Shown here: positions 19,566 to 29,342 of the stretch, piece by piece
How the letters are laid out: every line of letters starts with the position of its first letter
Position numbering within the stretch: position 1 is the first letter of the stretch
Assembly: GCA_027488865.1 (NCBI GenBank)
Contig: JAIYAU010000036.1
Coordinates: forward strand, 16,596-80,595
Direction: 5' to 3'
Length of the DNA: 64,000 nucleotides
Source: Cytophagaceae bacterium
GTDB lineage: Bacteria > Bacteroidota > Bacteroidia > Cytophagales > UBA9547
Position numbers and translations under genes: made by a program
Notes under the pieces: model-generated
Told to the model about the DNA's origin: nothing
The model's database searches: none
The model's input: only the letters and a program-made list of their open reading frames with translations

Positions 19566-22112
19566 ATGCAAATAGCAACAAGAATATTTTTAATAATCTG
19601 TATTTCCTTTATTGTAGGTGCGGCTCAAGATTTTGACCAAAATAATGCACTTGGTTTTAGGTTTAACTATTCTGATCCTGATAAATATGAAATAGCTAAT
19701 ATTACCACTTCTGGAACTAAATTTTTGGATCCTAACGCAATAGTGTCAATATCAGGTCTTAAAATAGGTGATGTAATAAAAGTGCCAGGTGATGACATTA
19801 GTAACGCCATAAAGAAACTTTGGGATCAAGGTATATTAGGAGATATTAAGATACAGATTACGAAGATAGAAGGAAAGAAAATTTATTTAAATTTTGAATT
19901 AACAGAACGGCCAAGGTTGTCTAGATTTCAATTTAAGGGTGTTAAAAAATCAGATGAAGATGATATTAAAGGAAAAATTAGACTTATTAAAGGAAAGGTT
20001 GTAACTGATGCACTTTTAAAAAATACTCAAAATACAATTAAAAAGTATTATGCAGAGAAAGGTTACCAAAATGCTTTGGTAAAAGTGCAACAAATAAAAG
20101 ATACCACTTATTCTAATAGTGTAGTATTGGTTATAAATATTACTAAAAATAGTAAAGTAAAGGTGAGAGCATTGATGTTTGAAGGCAATGAAGCATTTGA
20201 TGACAAAAAACTCGCTAAAAAAATGAAAAAAACCAAAGGTCGCTCTCCTGGTAAGTTTTGGGTGTCACATAAATATAATCAAAAGTTGTATGATGAGGAT
20301 AAAAAGAAACTCATAGAATTTTATAACACCCAAGGTTATAGAGATGCGAAAATTTCAATAGACTCATCCTGGTATTTTTCTGCGAAAAAGCCAAAACATA
20401 AAAATAAATATTTGGGGCTTAAGTTGAAAATAGACGAAGGAAGAAAGTATTATTTCAGAAATGTAAATTGGACAGGAAACTTTGTTTACAGCGATAATTA
20501 CTTAGCTAGTGTTCTTAACATAAAAAAGGGTGATGTTTATGACAAAGATGCCCTTGATAAAAAACTAAACTATAATCCAAACGGACAAGATATTAGTTCA
20601 TTGTACTTGGATGATGGATATTTGTTTTTTACTGTTGATCCTGTTGAATTGGTAGTGGATAACGATTCTATTGATATTGAGATGAGAATACATGAAGGCA
20701 CTCAAGCCACAATCGATAAGATCAATGTTTCAGGGAATACAAAAACCAATGATCATGTGGTTTTACGTGAGATTAGAACAATTCCTGGAAGAAAGTTTAG
20801 TAGGTCAGATTTAATTCGTTCACAACGTGAAATAGCTCAGTTGGGATATTTTGATCCAGAAAAAATTGATATTCAGCCTGTTCCTAATCCTCAAAAGGGA
20901 ACAGTAGATATCAACTATAATGTTACTGAAAAACCAAGTGACCAAATACAATTGTCAGGTGGGTGGGGTGGTTTTTTTTTTTTTTTTTTCACATTAGGGC
21001 TTGTATTTAATAATTTTTCATTAAAAAATGTTAAACATTTTGACAAATGGGATCCGCTTCCGGCTGGTGATGGACAAAGATTATCTGTCAATTTTCAAGC
21101 GAATGGACCAAATTTTCAAAGTTATAGTACTTCTTTTACCGAGCCTTGGTTAGGAGGTAGGAAACCTCACGCTTTTACAGTAAGTTTTAGTAGATCAGTC
21201 CAAAGGCTTGGTGCAGGTCGTTTAGGTTTTCAGTCTGGTTTTGGTTCAACAGGATTTTTAAGGCTGAATAGTGTAAGTGTGAGTTTAGGAAAAAGACTAA
21301 GATGGCCTGATGATTATTTTACCTTAAGCCATTCTGTATCTTATTTAATTTACGAATTAGGAAATTATAATACAGGTTTGCTAGGCGTGAATAATGGAAT
21401 ATTTAACAACTTTACAGTTGCTAATACTCTTTCTCGCAACAGCATCGATAATCCAACTTATCCAAGGCGAGGTTCTTCGATAACCTTGGGAATAACGTTA
21501 ACACCACCATATTCTATTTTTAATAGATCTAGAGATTTCGCCAAAGAAACAAATGCAGAAAAATATAAATGGGTGGAATATCATAAATGGATGTTGGATT
21601 ATTCACTTTTTACCAAATTGGCAGGAAATTTGGTATTAAGCACTAGAGCACATTTTGGCTATCTTGGGGCTTATAACAAGCAACTTGGGCCTGGACCTTT
21701 TGAACGATTTGTGATAGGAGGTAGTGGTCTTACAGGATTTAATTTCTTATTGGGATCTGATGTAATTGGTTTGAGAGGATATCAGGATCGGTTTTTACTA
21801 AATAGTTCGGGCAATACCACTGGTGGTGTGGTTTATAATAAATATGTAATGGAGTTAAGGTATCCTATTTCTTTAAATCCGATGGCGACGTTATATGGGT
21901 TGATTTTTGCTGAAGGTGGAAACAGCTTTACAGCGTACAAGGAGTATGATCCATTTTCATTATACAGAGTAGCTGGGGTGGGTGCGCGTATATTTATGCC
22001 AGCGTTTGGTATGATTGGTTTAGATTATGGTTTGGGATTTGATGAAGTACCTGGAGCACCTAGTGCAAACAACAACAGATTTACCTTTACTATAGGTCAG
22101 CAAATTCGTTAA
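19566..22112 (+). CDS. bamA: Outer membrane protein assembly factor BamA
   Basis: POTRA repeats (GNTKTNDHVVLRE), barrel with LRGY and FTFTIGQQ C-terminus; contains a suspicious 18-T run. Confidence 0.95.
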   Translation: MQIATRIFLIICISFIVGAAQDFDQNNALGFRFNYSDPDKYEIANITTSGTKFLDPNAIVSISGLKIGDVIKVPGDDISNAIKKLWDQGILGDIKIQITKIEGKKIYLNFELTERPRLSRFQFKGVKKSDEDDIKGKIRLIKGKVVTDALLKNTQNTIKKYYAEKGYQNALVKVQQIKDTTYSNSVVLVINITKNSKVKVRALMFEGNEAFDDKKLAKKMKKTKGRSPGKFWVSHKYNQKLYDEDKKKLIEFYNTQGYRDAKISIDSSWYFSAKKPKHKNKYLGLKLKIDEGRKYYFRNVNWTGNFVYSDNYLASVLNIKKGDVYDKDALDKKLNYNPNGQDISSLYLDDGYLFFTVDPVELVVDNDSIDIEMRIHEGTQATIDKINVSGNTKTNDHVVLREIRTIPGRKFSRSDLIRSQREIAQLGYFDPEKIDIQPVPNPQKGTVDINYNVTEKPSDQIQLSGGWGGFFFFFFTLGLVFNNFSLKNVKHFDKWDPLPAGDGQRLSVNFQANGPNFQSYSTSFTEPWLGGRKPHAFTVSFSRSVQRLGAGRLGFQSGFGSTGFLRLNSVSVSLGKRLRWPDDYFTLSHSVSYLIYELGNYNTGLLGVNNGIFNNFTVANTLSRNSIDNPTYPRRGSSITLGITLTPPYSIFNRSRDFAKETNAEKYKWVEYHKWMLDYSLFTKLAGNLVLSTRAHFGYLGAYNKQLGPGPFERFVIGGSGLTGFNFLLGSDVIGLRGYQDRFLLNSSGNTTGGVVYNKYVMELRYPISLNPMATLYGLIFAEGGNSFTAYKEYDPFSLYRVAGVGARIFMPAFGMIGLDYGLGFDEVPGAPSANNNRFTFTIGQQIR

Positions 22113-22113
22113 A

Positions 22114-22665
22114 ATGTATATAAGATTTTTAGTTTTAGGATTTTTATTTCTAATATCAAATGTCACATTTGGTCAGAAAATAGGTTATATAGATTCCGAA
22201 TTTATACTTTCTAAAATGCCGGAATATAAGAAGGCTCAAGAAGACCTCAATAAAATTTCAGGTAAATGGCAAAAAGAGGTTGATGATAAGTATAAGGAGA
22301 TTGTCAAATTAAAAGATGATTTTAATGCCGCTGAAGTTTTACTAACAGAAGATATTAGAAAAGAAAGATTAGACACGATTACTAAAAAGGAAAAGAATGC
22401 CAAAGAACTTCAAAACAAATATTTTGGATATGAGGGAATGTTGTTTTTAAAACGACAAGAATTGGCAAAGCCTGTACAAGATAAATTATTTTTGGCAGTA
22501 CAAAAGGTTTCTAGGGCAAAACAGGTACAAATAATGTTTGATAAATCTGGTGATATTGTCATGATATATACTGATCCTAAACACGATTATACTGATTATG
22601 TGTTGGAAGAATTAGGTTTAGGTGACAAGAACGATAATCCAGATAATAAAAAGGATCAAAAATAA
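22114..22665 (+). CDS. OmpH/Skp family periplasmic chaperone
   Basis: Signal peptide, QKIGYID.E.IL..MPEY and coiled coil; follows bamA. Confidence 0.92.
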   Translation: MYIRFLVLGFLFLISNVTFGQKIGYIDSEFILSKMPEYKKAQEDLNKISGKWQKEVDDKYKEIVKLKDDFNAAEVLLTEDIRKERLDTITKKEKNAKELQNKYFGYEGMLFLKRQELAKPVQDKLFLAVQKVSRAKQVQIMFDKSGDIVMIYTDPKHDYTDYVLEELGLGDKNDNPDNKKDQK

Positions 22666-22704
22666 ATTCAATAATTCTATATTTACAAATAAATAACACA
22701 CAAA

Positions 22705-23286
22705 ATGAAAAATGTTTTTAAGATTGCCGTTGTAGCAGTAATTTTTTCTTGGGGCTTAGGAGCTAATGCGCAACAGAAGCACCTAAAGATAGGTTATACT
22801 AATGTGGAGGATATTTTAATAGAAATGCCTGAAAGTAAACAAGTGGAGTCAGAGTTAAAATCGTATAAAACACAATTGGATAATCAAATTCAAACTAAAA
22901 TGAAGGATTTTCAAGATAAATATGAAAATTATCAAAGAGGAGAGAGTATGATGTCAGAAGTGATTAAGGCAGACAAACAAAGAGAACTAAGAGGTATGCA
23001 AGAGCAAATAGAGGCTTTTCAGAAGGATGCTGAGCAGGCTATGCAAAAAAAGCAAATTGACCTTTTAGATCCAGTTTTGAAAAAGATTCAAAAAGCCATA
23101 GATGATGTGGCCGCAGAAAATAGTTATACCTATATCTTTAATAAGGAGGCAGGTTATGGTACTTCAATTATGTTACATATGCCAAAAGAAGACGATATTA
23201 CTAATTTGGTAAAAAAGAAACTTAATATCGGTGTTGCCACTCCTACACCAGCACAAAAAACACCTTCAACAGTAACACCTAAATAA
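22705..23286 (+). CDS. OmpH/Skp family periplasmic chaperone, second copy
   Basis: KIGYTN...IL..MPE, AIDDVA.EN.YTYIF and DIT..V.KKL. Confidence 0.92.
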   Translation: MKNVFKIAVVAVIFSWGLGANAQQKHLKIGYTNVEDILIEMPESKQVESELKSYKTQLDNQIQTKMKDFQDKYENYQRGESMMSEVIKADKQRELRGMQEQIEAFQKDAEQAMQKKQIDLLDPVLKKIQKAIDDVAAENSYTYIFNKEAGYGTSIMLHMPKEDDITNLVKKKLNIGVATPTPAQKTPSTVTPK

Positions 23287-23319
23287 TAGGTAGACTTGGG
23301 GTTGCAATTATTTTAAGAT

Positions 23320-23349
23320 GGAGCTACTTATTTAAGTAGCTCCTTTTTT
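23320..23349 (+). terminator. Intrinsic terminator of the bamA-ompH operon
   Basis: GGAGCTACTTA pairs with TAAGTAGCTCC, followed by T6. Confidence 0.85.
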
Positions 23350-23446
23350 GTATAATTAATGGGGTAAGGTAGTTTTAACTTGATTCCGCAAAGGAATCAT
23401 ACTTACCAATTCTATTTTATAATAGAAGCAAACCTATTTAAGTTGT

Positions 23447-23977
23447 TTAATCTAAAATTCTTGTGGCCTTTAAAAAAATATCTCTATAATATCCAGTAAG
23501 AAGTTCATTTTCCATTACACCTTTTTTAGTAGAGGCATGAATGAAAGTAACACTTTTATTAGAGTTTACTACTGTTACAATTCCTACATGAGTAATTTTT
23601 GTGTTTCCTTTTTTGTCGGTAAAAAACACTAAATCACCTTTTTTCAACTCACCAATATATACTCTTTTCCCTATTTTGGACTGATCTCCAGCTACTCGTG
23701 GTAAGGTAATATCAATGGCTTTGTAAGATGCACAAGCTAGACCTGAACAATCTATGCCATTTCTATCATTTCCACCGTACTTATACTTTACCCCCGTGTA
23801 TGTTCTCGCTGTGGTAATTATTTTATCAATCTTAGCTTCATCTTTTTTAGGACTTTTGCTAACTTGCTGGTTGTCATCATTAAAGTTACTTCTACTGTTG
23901 GGTTTGGTGCTTTTACAAGCATAAAAACCAAGGATAATAATGTACAGTATTAGTAACTTATGTTTGATGAAAGGCAT
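23447..23977 (-). CDS. NlpC/P60 (C40) peptidase lipoprotein
   Basis: Lipobox FYAC; Y.YGG, DCSGL, GDLVFF, HVGI and FIHAS. Confidence 0.93.
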   Translation of the reverse strand: MPFIKHKLLILYIIILGFYACKSTKPNSRSNFNDDNQQVSKSPKKDEAKIDKIITTARTYTGVKYKYGGNDRNGIDCSGLACASYKAIDITLPRVAGDQSKIGKRVYIGELKKGDLVFFTDKKGNTKITHVGIVTVVNSNKSVTFIHASTKKGVMENELLTGYYRDIFLKATRILD

Positions 23978-24031
23978 GATTTAATCGCATCAAATTTTAT
24001 ACCAATTGCGGTTTATTATTAGTGCATTGCC

Positions 24032-25378
24032 TTAACTTTTAAAGCTTATTGGTTGCCCAGTAGCTTCTAGAACCGATTGCCAGAGTTGCGATTTTAAATC
24101 AATTTTTTTACGTTTGGAGGTAGCAACTTCCATTGGTAAATGGGTAAATTGACCGTTAATATAGCCCACAACCATGTTTGTACGTCCAGACATGCCAGCA
24201 TGAACTGCCATTTGAGCTAGTTGAAAACAGAAAATGGAGTCATTTGGCGTGGGTGCACAGCTTCTAATGTTATAACTTGGATCAATGTATCTTAATGCAA
24301 TGGGAATATTGCGTTCTTTGAAATAACGTGTTACTTGATCCTTCAAAAACAATCCAATATCGCCAAGTTTGTGATTACCTGAGGCATCAAATTCTGGTTT
24401 TTCAGGGTTAGTTACATATTTTTGTCCAGCACCTTCTGCCACCACAATAACCGCATGGTTTTTTCTTAATAATCTATTTTCCAATTGCTTGAGTAAACCT
24501 TTGTCCCCATCAAGTTCAAATTCAAGTTCAGGAATCAAACAGAAATTAGCTTCACCTGTAGCAAGAACTGCATTAGCAGCAACAAATCCTGATTCTCTTC
24601 CCATTAGTTTTACTAATCCTATTCCATTATAGGCGGCTTCGGCTTCAGTATGTCCGGAATGAATGGACTCACATGCTTCGGAAAAGGCAGTTTCTACACC
24701 GAAAGATTTGTCTATGAAATTAATATCATTATCAATCGTTTTTGGTATGCCGATCACAGCAATATCCAAATTTCTTTTTTCTATCTCTTTTATTATGGCC
24801 ATAGCACCCTTTTGGGTACCATCTCCACCAACTGTATATAAGATATTGATTCCAAGTTCTTGCAGCCTATCTACCATCTTAATAGGGTCTTGATTGCCTC
24901 TAGAAGATCCTAATATTGTACCTCCTTGTGTGTGTATAGGTGATACATCATCCACCGTGAGAAGTTCAATTTCATGACCAATTTCTTTTACAAGTCCCGC
25001 ATAACCAAAGCGAGCTCCATAAGTAATTTGTTTTTCGTAGCGATAATAATTCATCATTACTATAGCTCTAATTACTGAATTTAATCCAGGACATAACCCT
25101 CCACATGTAATTACTGCAGAAACCGCTTTACCTGGCTTAAAATATAATTTTTTACGAGGTCCTGCTTTTTCAAATGCTGGTACGGGTTGCCCTTGTTTAT
25201 TTAATTCTTCTATAATACTTGTATCTATTACTGAAAGTACCTTTTCATTATCAGGTACAAAAATGCTATCATCATTATCCTCAGAAAGACGGATTGGAGA
25301 GTCGAATAGAGGTTCTCCAATTTTACGGATATCTAAATTAAGAGAAATTAATTGTTCCACTTTTTTTTCTAAGGCCAT
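24032..25378 (-). CDS. pfkA: ATP-dependent 6-phosphofructokinase (long, group X-like)
   Basis: TCGGLCPGLN, GGTILGSSRG, GGDGT (ATP-type Gly), PKTIDND, LMGRESG and YIDPSY. Confidence 0.92.
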   Translation of the reverse strand: MALEKKVEQLISLNLDIRKIGEPLFDSPIRLSEDNDDSIFVPDNEKVLSVIDTSIIEELNKQGQPVPAFEKAGPRKKLYFKPGKAVSAVITCGGLCPGLNSVIRAIVMMNYYRYEKQITYGARFGYAGLVKEIGHEIELLTVDDVSPIHTQGGTILGSSRGNQDPIKMVDRLQELGINILYTVGGDGTQKGAMAIIKEIEKRNLDIAVIGIPKTIDNDINFIDKSFGVETAFSEACESIHSGHTEAEAAYNGIGLVKLMGRESGFVAANAVLATGEANFCLIPELEFELDGDKGLLKQLENRLLRKNHAVIVVAEGAGQKYVTNPEKPEFDASGNHKLGDIGLFLKDQVTRYFKERNIPIALRYIDPSYNIRSCAPTPNDSIFCFQLAQMAVHAGMSGRTNMVVGYINGQFTHLPMEVATSKRKKIDLKSQLWQSVLEATGQPISFKS

Positions 25379-25752
25379 ATTAATAATAGTATTATTTGTG
25401 AATGTGCTTGCTTGTATTGCTTAAATTAAAAGTAACTTAAGTCTGAAATTAATTGTGAATACTCATTTTATGCTCAAACAATAATACGTTTTTATTCCGA
25501 AATAAAAAACACCCAAGAAGACTATAAAATGTACTTTTGAAAAGAATTGTGTTAAATATTTGATTAACAATATAAAATAAGTAATATATTTTTTGAAAAC
25601 ATGGTATTTTTAGCAATCAATTTACAATTGCTTAAGGCTCTTTAATTTTGCTTGATTTCTTTCATTAATATATTCTTTACAGCTTTTTGTGTATAATTAA
25701 TGCCTAAATGTTACATTTGACACAAATTTTGAACAAGAATAAACTATTAAAC

Positions 25753-26211
25753 ATGGATAAATTTGTTTTTGAAGCATTGGCAACCATTCGCACTAATACT
25801 TTGAAATATATTGCATCACTTTCTGAAAAGCAACTTTTTACAATCCCTTCGGGCTTTAACAATAACATCGTATGGCAATTAGGTCACATGGTTACAACAC
25901 AACAACTTTTATGTTACCACTTATCAAATAATAGCCTTTTAATTCCACAAGAGTATGTAAGCCTTTTTAGAAAGGGAACATCTCCTAATGACCGTATGAC
26001 TCAAATTAATGTAGAAGAAATACGACATTATTTTTTTGAAACAACCTTGCAGTTCATGCCAGATTATAATGCTGGTAAGTTAAATGAGTTTACAAAGTAT
26101 CCCACCTCCATGGGGGTTGAATTAACTACCATTGAAGATGCCATTACTTTTAACTTTGGGCATGAAAACTTGCACTTTGGTGTTATTATGGCCATGACAA
26201 AAGTTGTTTAA
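25753..26211 (+). CDS. DinB family protein
   Basis: IPSGFNNNI.WQLGH and HE..H.G metal-binding His pattern; ATG 25753 preferred. Confidence 0.88.
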   Translation: MDKFVFEALATIRTNTLKYIASLSEKQLFTIPSGFNNNIVWQLGHMVTTQQLLCYHLSNNSLLIPQEYVSLFRKGTSPNDRMTQINVEEIRHYFFETTLQFMPDYNAGKLNEFTKYPTSMGVELTTIEDAITFNFGHENLHFGVIMAMTKVV

Positions 26212-26228
26212 TTTTATTTTCCAAAAAT

Positions 26229-27065
26229 ATGGAAACACACATACTTTTAATTGATTGTACTGATGAAAAGGGCTTAATTTCTAAAATAAGTACCACAATC
26301 TTTCACCATGGACTGAATATCTTGATAATGAAAGAATATGTGGAAGAGGAAACAAATCATTTTTTCATGAGAATGGAATTGTCGGGTGAGCTTCAAATTG
26401 AAAGATTAGAGGGAGCCTTAAAAAATATGTTGCCGAATGATGCTATTATTTCCATTAACCCAAAAAGGAAAAAGGACATTGTGCTTTTGGTTACTAAAGA
26501 GTACCATTGTTTAAGTGATTTACTTATTAGACATAATTTTGAAGAGATAAATGCTACCATTAAAGCTGTGATTGGCAATCATGAATTTTTACGTACCTTG
26601 GTTGAGAAATTTGGATTACCTTACCATTTTATAACTCATGAAAATAAAACTAAAGAACAATTTGAAGATGAATTGTATAGTCAAGTAGCTTATTATCAGC
26701 CTGATTATTTGGTTCTAGCCAAGTTTATGCGAATCCTTTCTCCAGATTTTGTTGGTAAGTTTGAAAATAAAATTATCAATATCCACCATTCATTTTTACC
26801 TGCTTTTGTGGGGGCTAATCCTTATAAACAAGCCTATGAAAGAGGTGTGAAACTAATTGGTGCTACTGCACACATTGTAAATAATCATTTGGATGAAGGG
26901 CCAATTATAACCCAACAGGTTATACAAGTAGATCATTCGCAGACTATTAAAAAGTTGGTACTTGCTGGTCATGAAGTAGAAAAAAATGTGCTTGCTGAAG
27001 CATGTAAAATGGTATTTGAGGATCGTGTTTTTGTAAGCAGAAACAAAACTATTGTTTTTAGCTAG
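26229..27065 (+). CDS. purU: Formyltetrahydrofolate deformylase
   Basis: N-terminal ACT domain, LAKFMRILS, INIHHSFLPAF.GA.PY and GATAH...LDEGPII. Confidence 0.96.
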   Translation: METHILLIDCTDEKGLISKISTTIFHHGLNILIMKEYVEEETNHFFMRMELSGELQIERLEGALKNMLPNDAIISINPKRKKDIVLLVTKEYHCLSDLLIRHNFEEINATIKAVIGNHEFLRTLVEKFGLPYHFITHENKTKEQFEDELYSQVAYYQPDYLVLAKFMRILSPDFVGKFENKIINIHHSFLPAFVGANPYKQAYERGVKLIGATAHIVNNHLDEGPIITQQVIQVDHSQTIKKLVLAGHEVEKNVLAEACKMVFEDRVFVSRNKTIVFS

Positions 27066-27122
27066 AATCATTTGTGACCTTTAGCTATATTTTCTCTTAG
27101 TTATAATGGTTAAAGTGATAAA

Positions 27123-28529
27123 TTAAATTAATTCTAAAAGAACTACATTTTCGACATGATGTGTTTGTGGAAACATATCTACGGGTTGTACTTTTTTTAT
27201 ACTATAATTTTGGTTCAATAAGGCCAAATCTCTCGCTTGAGTTGCAGGGTTACAACTCACATACACTATCTTTTTTGGCAATATTTCAAGTATTTTGTTA
27301 ATCACTTGAATTTCCATCCCAGCTCTTGGAGGATCGGTGATAATTACGTCAGGTTTGCCGTGTGTTAAGATAAATTCATCATTTAAAATGTTTTTCATAT
27401 CACCTGCAAAAAAAGCGGTGTTGTTAATATTGTTTATTTTAGAATTTATTTTTGCATCTTCTATAGCTTGCGGAACATATTCAATACCAATTACCTTTTT
27501 TGTATTTTTGGCAACAAAATTTGCTATAGTTCCTGCACCCGTGTAAAGGTCATAAACTAGTTCGCTACCCGTTAAGCCTGCAAACTCTCTTGTTATTTTA
27601 TATAATTCATAAGCCTGTGTGGAATTTGTTTGATAAAAGGTTTTTGGCCCAATTTGGAACTGAAGCTCTTCCATATTTTCAATAATGAACGGTTGCCCTT
27701 TAAAACAAGTTATATCCAGATCGTTGAAGGTTTCATTTCCTTTATTGTTAATCACGTACATTAAGGAAGTAATTTGTGAAAATTGATTGGCGAGATATTG
27801 CAAAAGGTGGTTTATTTGTTCAGGAATATTTTCATAAAATTGAACTATTACCATAAGCTCACCAATGGAACTTGATCTAATAATTAGATTACGCATAAGG
27901 CCATTTTGCGCTATTAAATCAAAAAAGGTATAGGAATTTTTTAAACAAAACTCCCTTACTGCCAACCTTATAGCATTACTTGGATCAGCTTGTAGAAAAC
28001 AATGATTGATTTCAAGAACTTTGTCAAATCTACCCGGAACATGAAAACCCAATGTATTTCTTTCTAAGATACCTTGTGCATCAATTTCTGTCTTTGTGAG
28101 CCAGCGCTTATTTGAAAATGTAAAATCTAATTTATTCCTATAGTAAGTTGTATTTTGTGAGCCTACAATTGGTAGGAGCGGCGGAAATGAAACTTTGCCA
28201 ATTCTTTCTAAGGCATCTTGAACTAGTTTTTGCTTATAATGTAATTGTGTATCGTAGGCAATATGCTGCCATTTACACCCACCACATAACCCAAAATGTT
28301 CACAAAATGGTGTAGTTCTAAAAATTGATTTTTTATGAAAGTTTGTTATTGTTCCTTCTGCAAAGTTCTTCTTTTTAGATGTTACTTTAATATCAACAAT
28401 ATCTCCTGGAGCCCCAAATTCTACAAAAATCACCAAATCATTGTGTTTAACAACACATTTGCCTTCGGCGGCCATATCTCCAATTTCCACATTCTCAAGA
28501 AATATTTCCTTAAATTTTGCTTTTTTCAT
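27123..28529 (-). CDS. rlmD: 23S rRNA (uracil-5-)-methyltransferase RlmD
   Basis: TRAM domain, Fe-S motif C.HF..CGGC, FYQTN, DLYTGAGTI, DPPRAG, YVSCNPAT and DMFPQTHHVE. Confidence 0.95.
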   Translation of the reverse strand: MKKAKFKEIFLENVEIGDMAAEGKCVVKHNDLVIFVEFGAPGDIVDIKVTSKKKNFAEGTITNFHKKSIFRTTPFCEHFGLCGGCKWQHIAYDTQLHYKQKLVQDALERIGKVSFPPLLPIVGSQNTTYYRNKLDFTFSNKRWLTKTEIDAQGILERNTLGFHVPGRFDKVLEINHCFLQADPSNAIRLAVREFCLKNSYTFFDLIAQNGLMRNLIIRSSSIGELMVIVQFYENIPEQINHLLQYLANQFSQITSLMYVINNKGNETFNDLDITCFKGQPFIIENMEELQFQIGPKTFYQTNSTQAYELYKITREFAGLTGSELVYDLYTGAGTIANFVAKNTKKVIGIEYVPQAIEDAKINSKINNINNTAFFAGDMKNILNDEFILTHGKPDVIITDPPRAGMEIQVINKILEILPKKIVYVSCNPATQARDLALLNQNYSIKKVQPVDMFPQTHHVENVVLLELI

Positions 28530-28768
28530 ATCAACTTTTGAGCTTTTAAACTAGTAGTTTCTGGTTGGTTAGCTATTAATCCACAATATTAAGCTTTTGT
28601 CTTTTAATATACCCCATAGGTTTGAATGGTATTGTAACAAAATGTTATTTGTTTTGAAGAGACCAGTTTATAATAGAAATACCTTTTACATTCGAAACTG
28701 TAATAGACTCAAAATACCTCTACACCGTATCAGTAAAAACTACACTATAACTCAAATAAAAATAATGC

Positions 28769-28776
28769 TATATTTG
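28769..28776 (+). promoter_or_regulatory. Bacteroidota -7 promoter element for pyrR-pyrB
   Basis: TATATTTG, 17 nt before the pyrR ATG. Confidence 0.55.
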
Positions 28777-28793
28777 CTATTATTTCTATTGAA

Positions 28794-29336
28794 ATGCAAA
28801 AAAGGAATATAATCAACAATGAATTGCTGCAAATAATAATTAATCGTTTATGTCAGCAACTTATTGAAAACCATGATGATTTTACCAATTCTGTTATTTT
28901 AGGACTACAACCTAGAGGTGTTTTTTTGGCAGACAGAATTCAAAAAACCCTTGCAGTAAGCATAGGTAGACTAATTCCAATTGGTCAGCTTGATATTACT
29001 TTTCACCGTGATGATTATAAAAGACGTGAAATTACACCAGCACATACAATGCACGTTCCATTTATAATTGAAGGTAAAAACGTAATCCTAGTAGATGATG
29101 TGTTATGGACAGGCCGTACGGTAAGAGCGGCTATGGAAGCTATGATGGCCTTTGGACGACCACAAAAAGTAGAACTTTTAGTATTAATCGATAGAAAATA
29201 TAGCAGAGAACTACCTATAGAACCTGATTATACCGGTAAAAAGGTTAATTCTCTTCATTCCGAAAAGGTGCTCGTAGAACTAAAAGAACAAGGAGCAAAA
29301 GATGATAATGTGTGGTTAATAAAAAAGAAGGAATAA
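28794..29336 (+). CDS. pyrR: Bifunctional pyr regulator / uracil phosphoribosyltransferase PyrR
   Basis: LDITFHRDD, ILVDDVLWTGRTVRAA and RELPIEPDY.G. Confidence 0.95.
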   Translation: MQKRNIINNELLQIIINRLCQQLIENHDDFTNSVILGLQPRGVFLADRIQKTLAVSIGRLIPIGQLDITFHRDDYKRREITPAHTMHVPFIIEGKNVILVDDVLWTGRTVRAAMEAMMAFGRPQKVELLVLIDRKYSRELPIEPDYTGKKVNSLHSEKVLVELKEQGAKDDNVWLIKKKE

Positions 29337-29342
29337 TAGTTC

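Noticed and set aside
28530-28793. Possible PyrR attenuator or ncRNA, and the 71 aa ORF 28597-28812, between rlmD and pyrR
   Set aside because: No PyrR-binding loop consensus was seen, the promoter sits only 17 nt before pyrR, and the ORF has no recognisable features.
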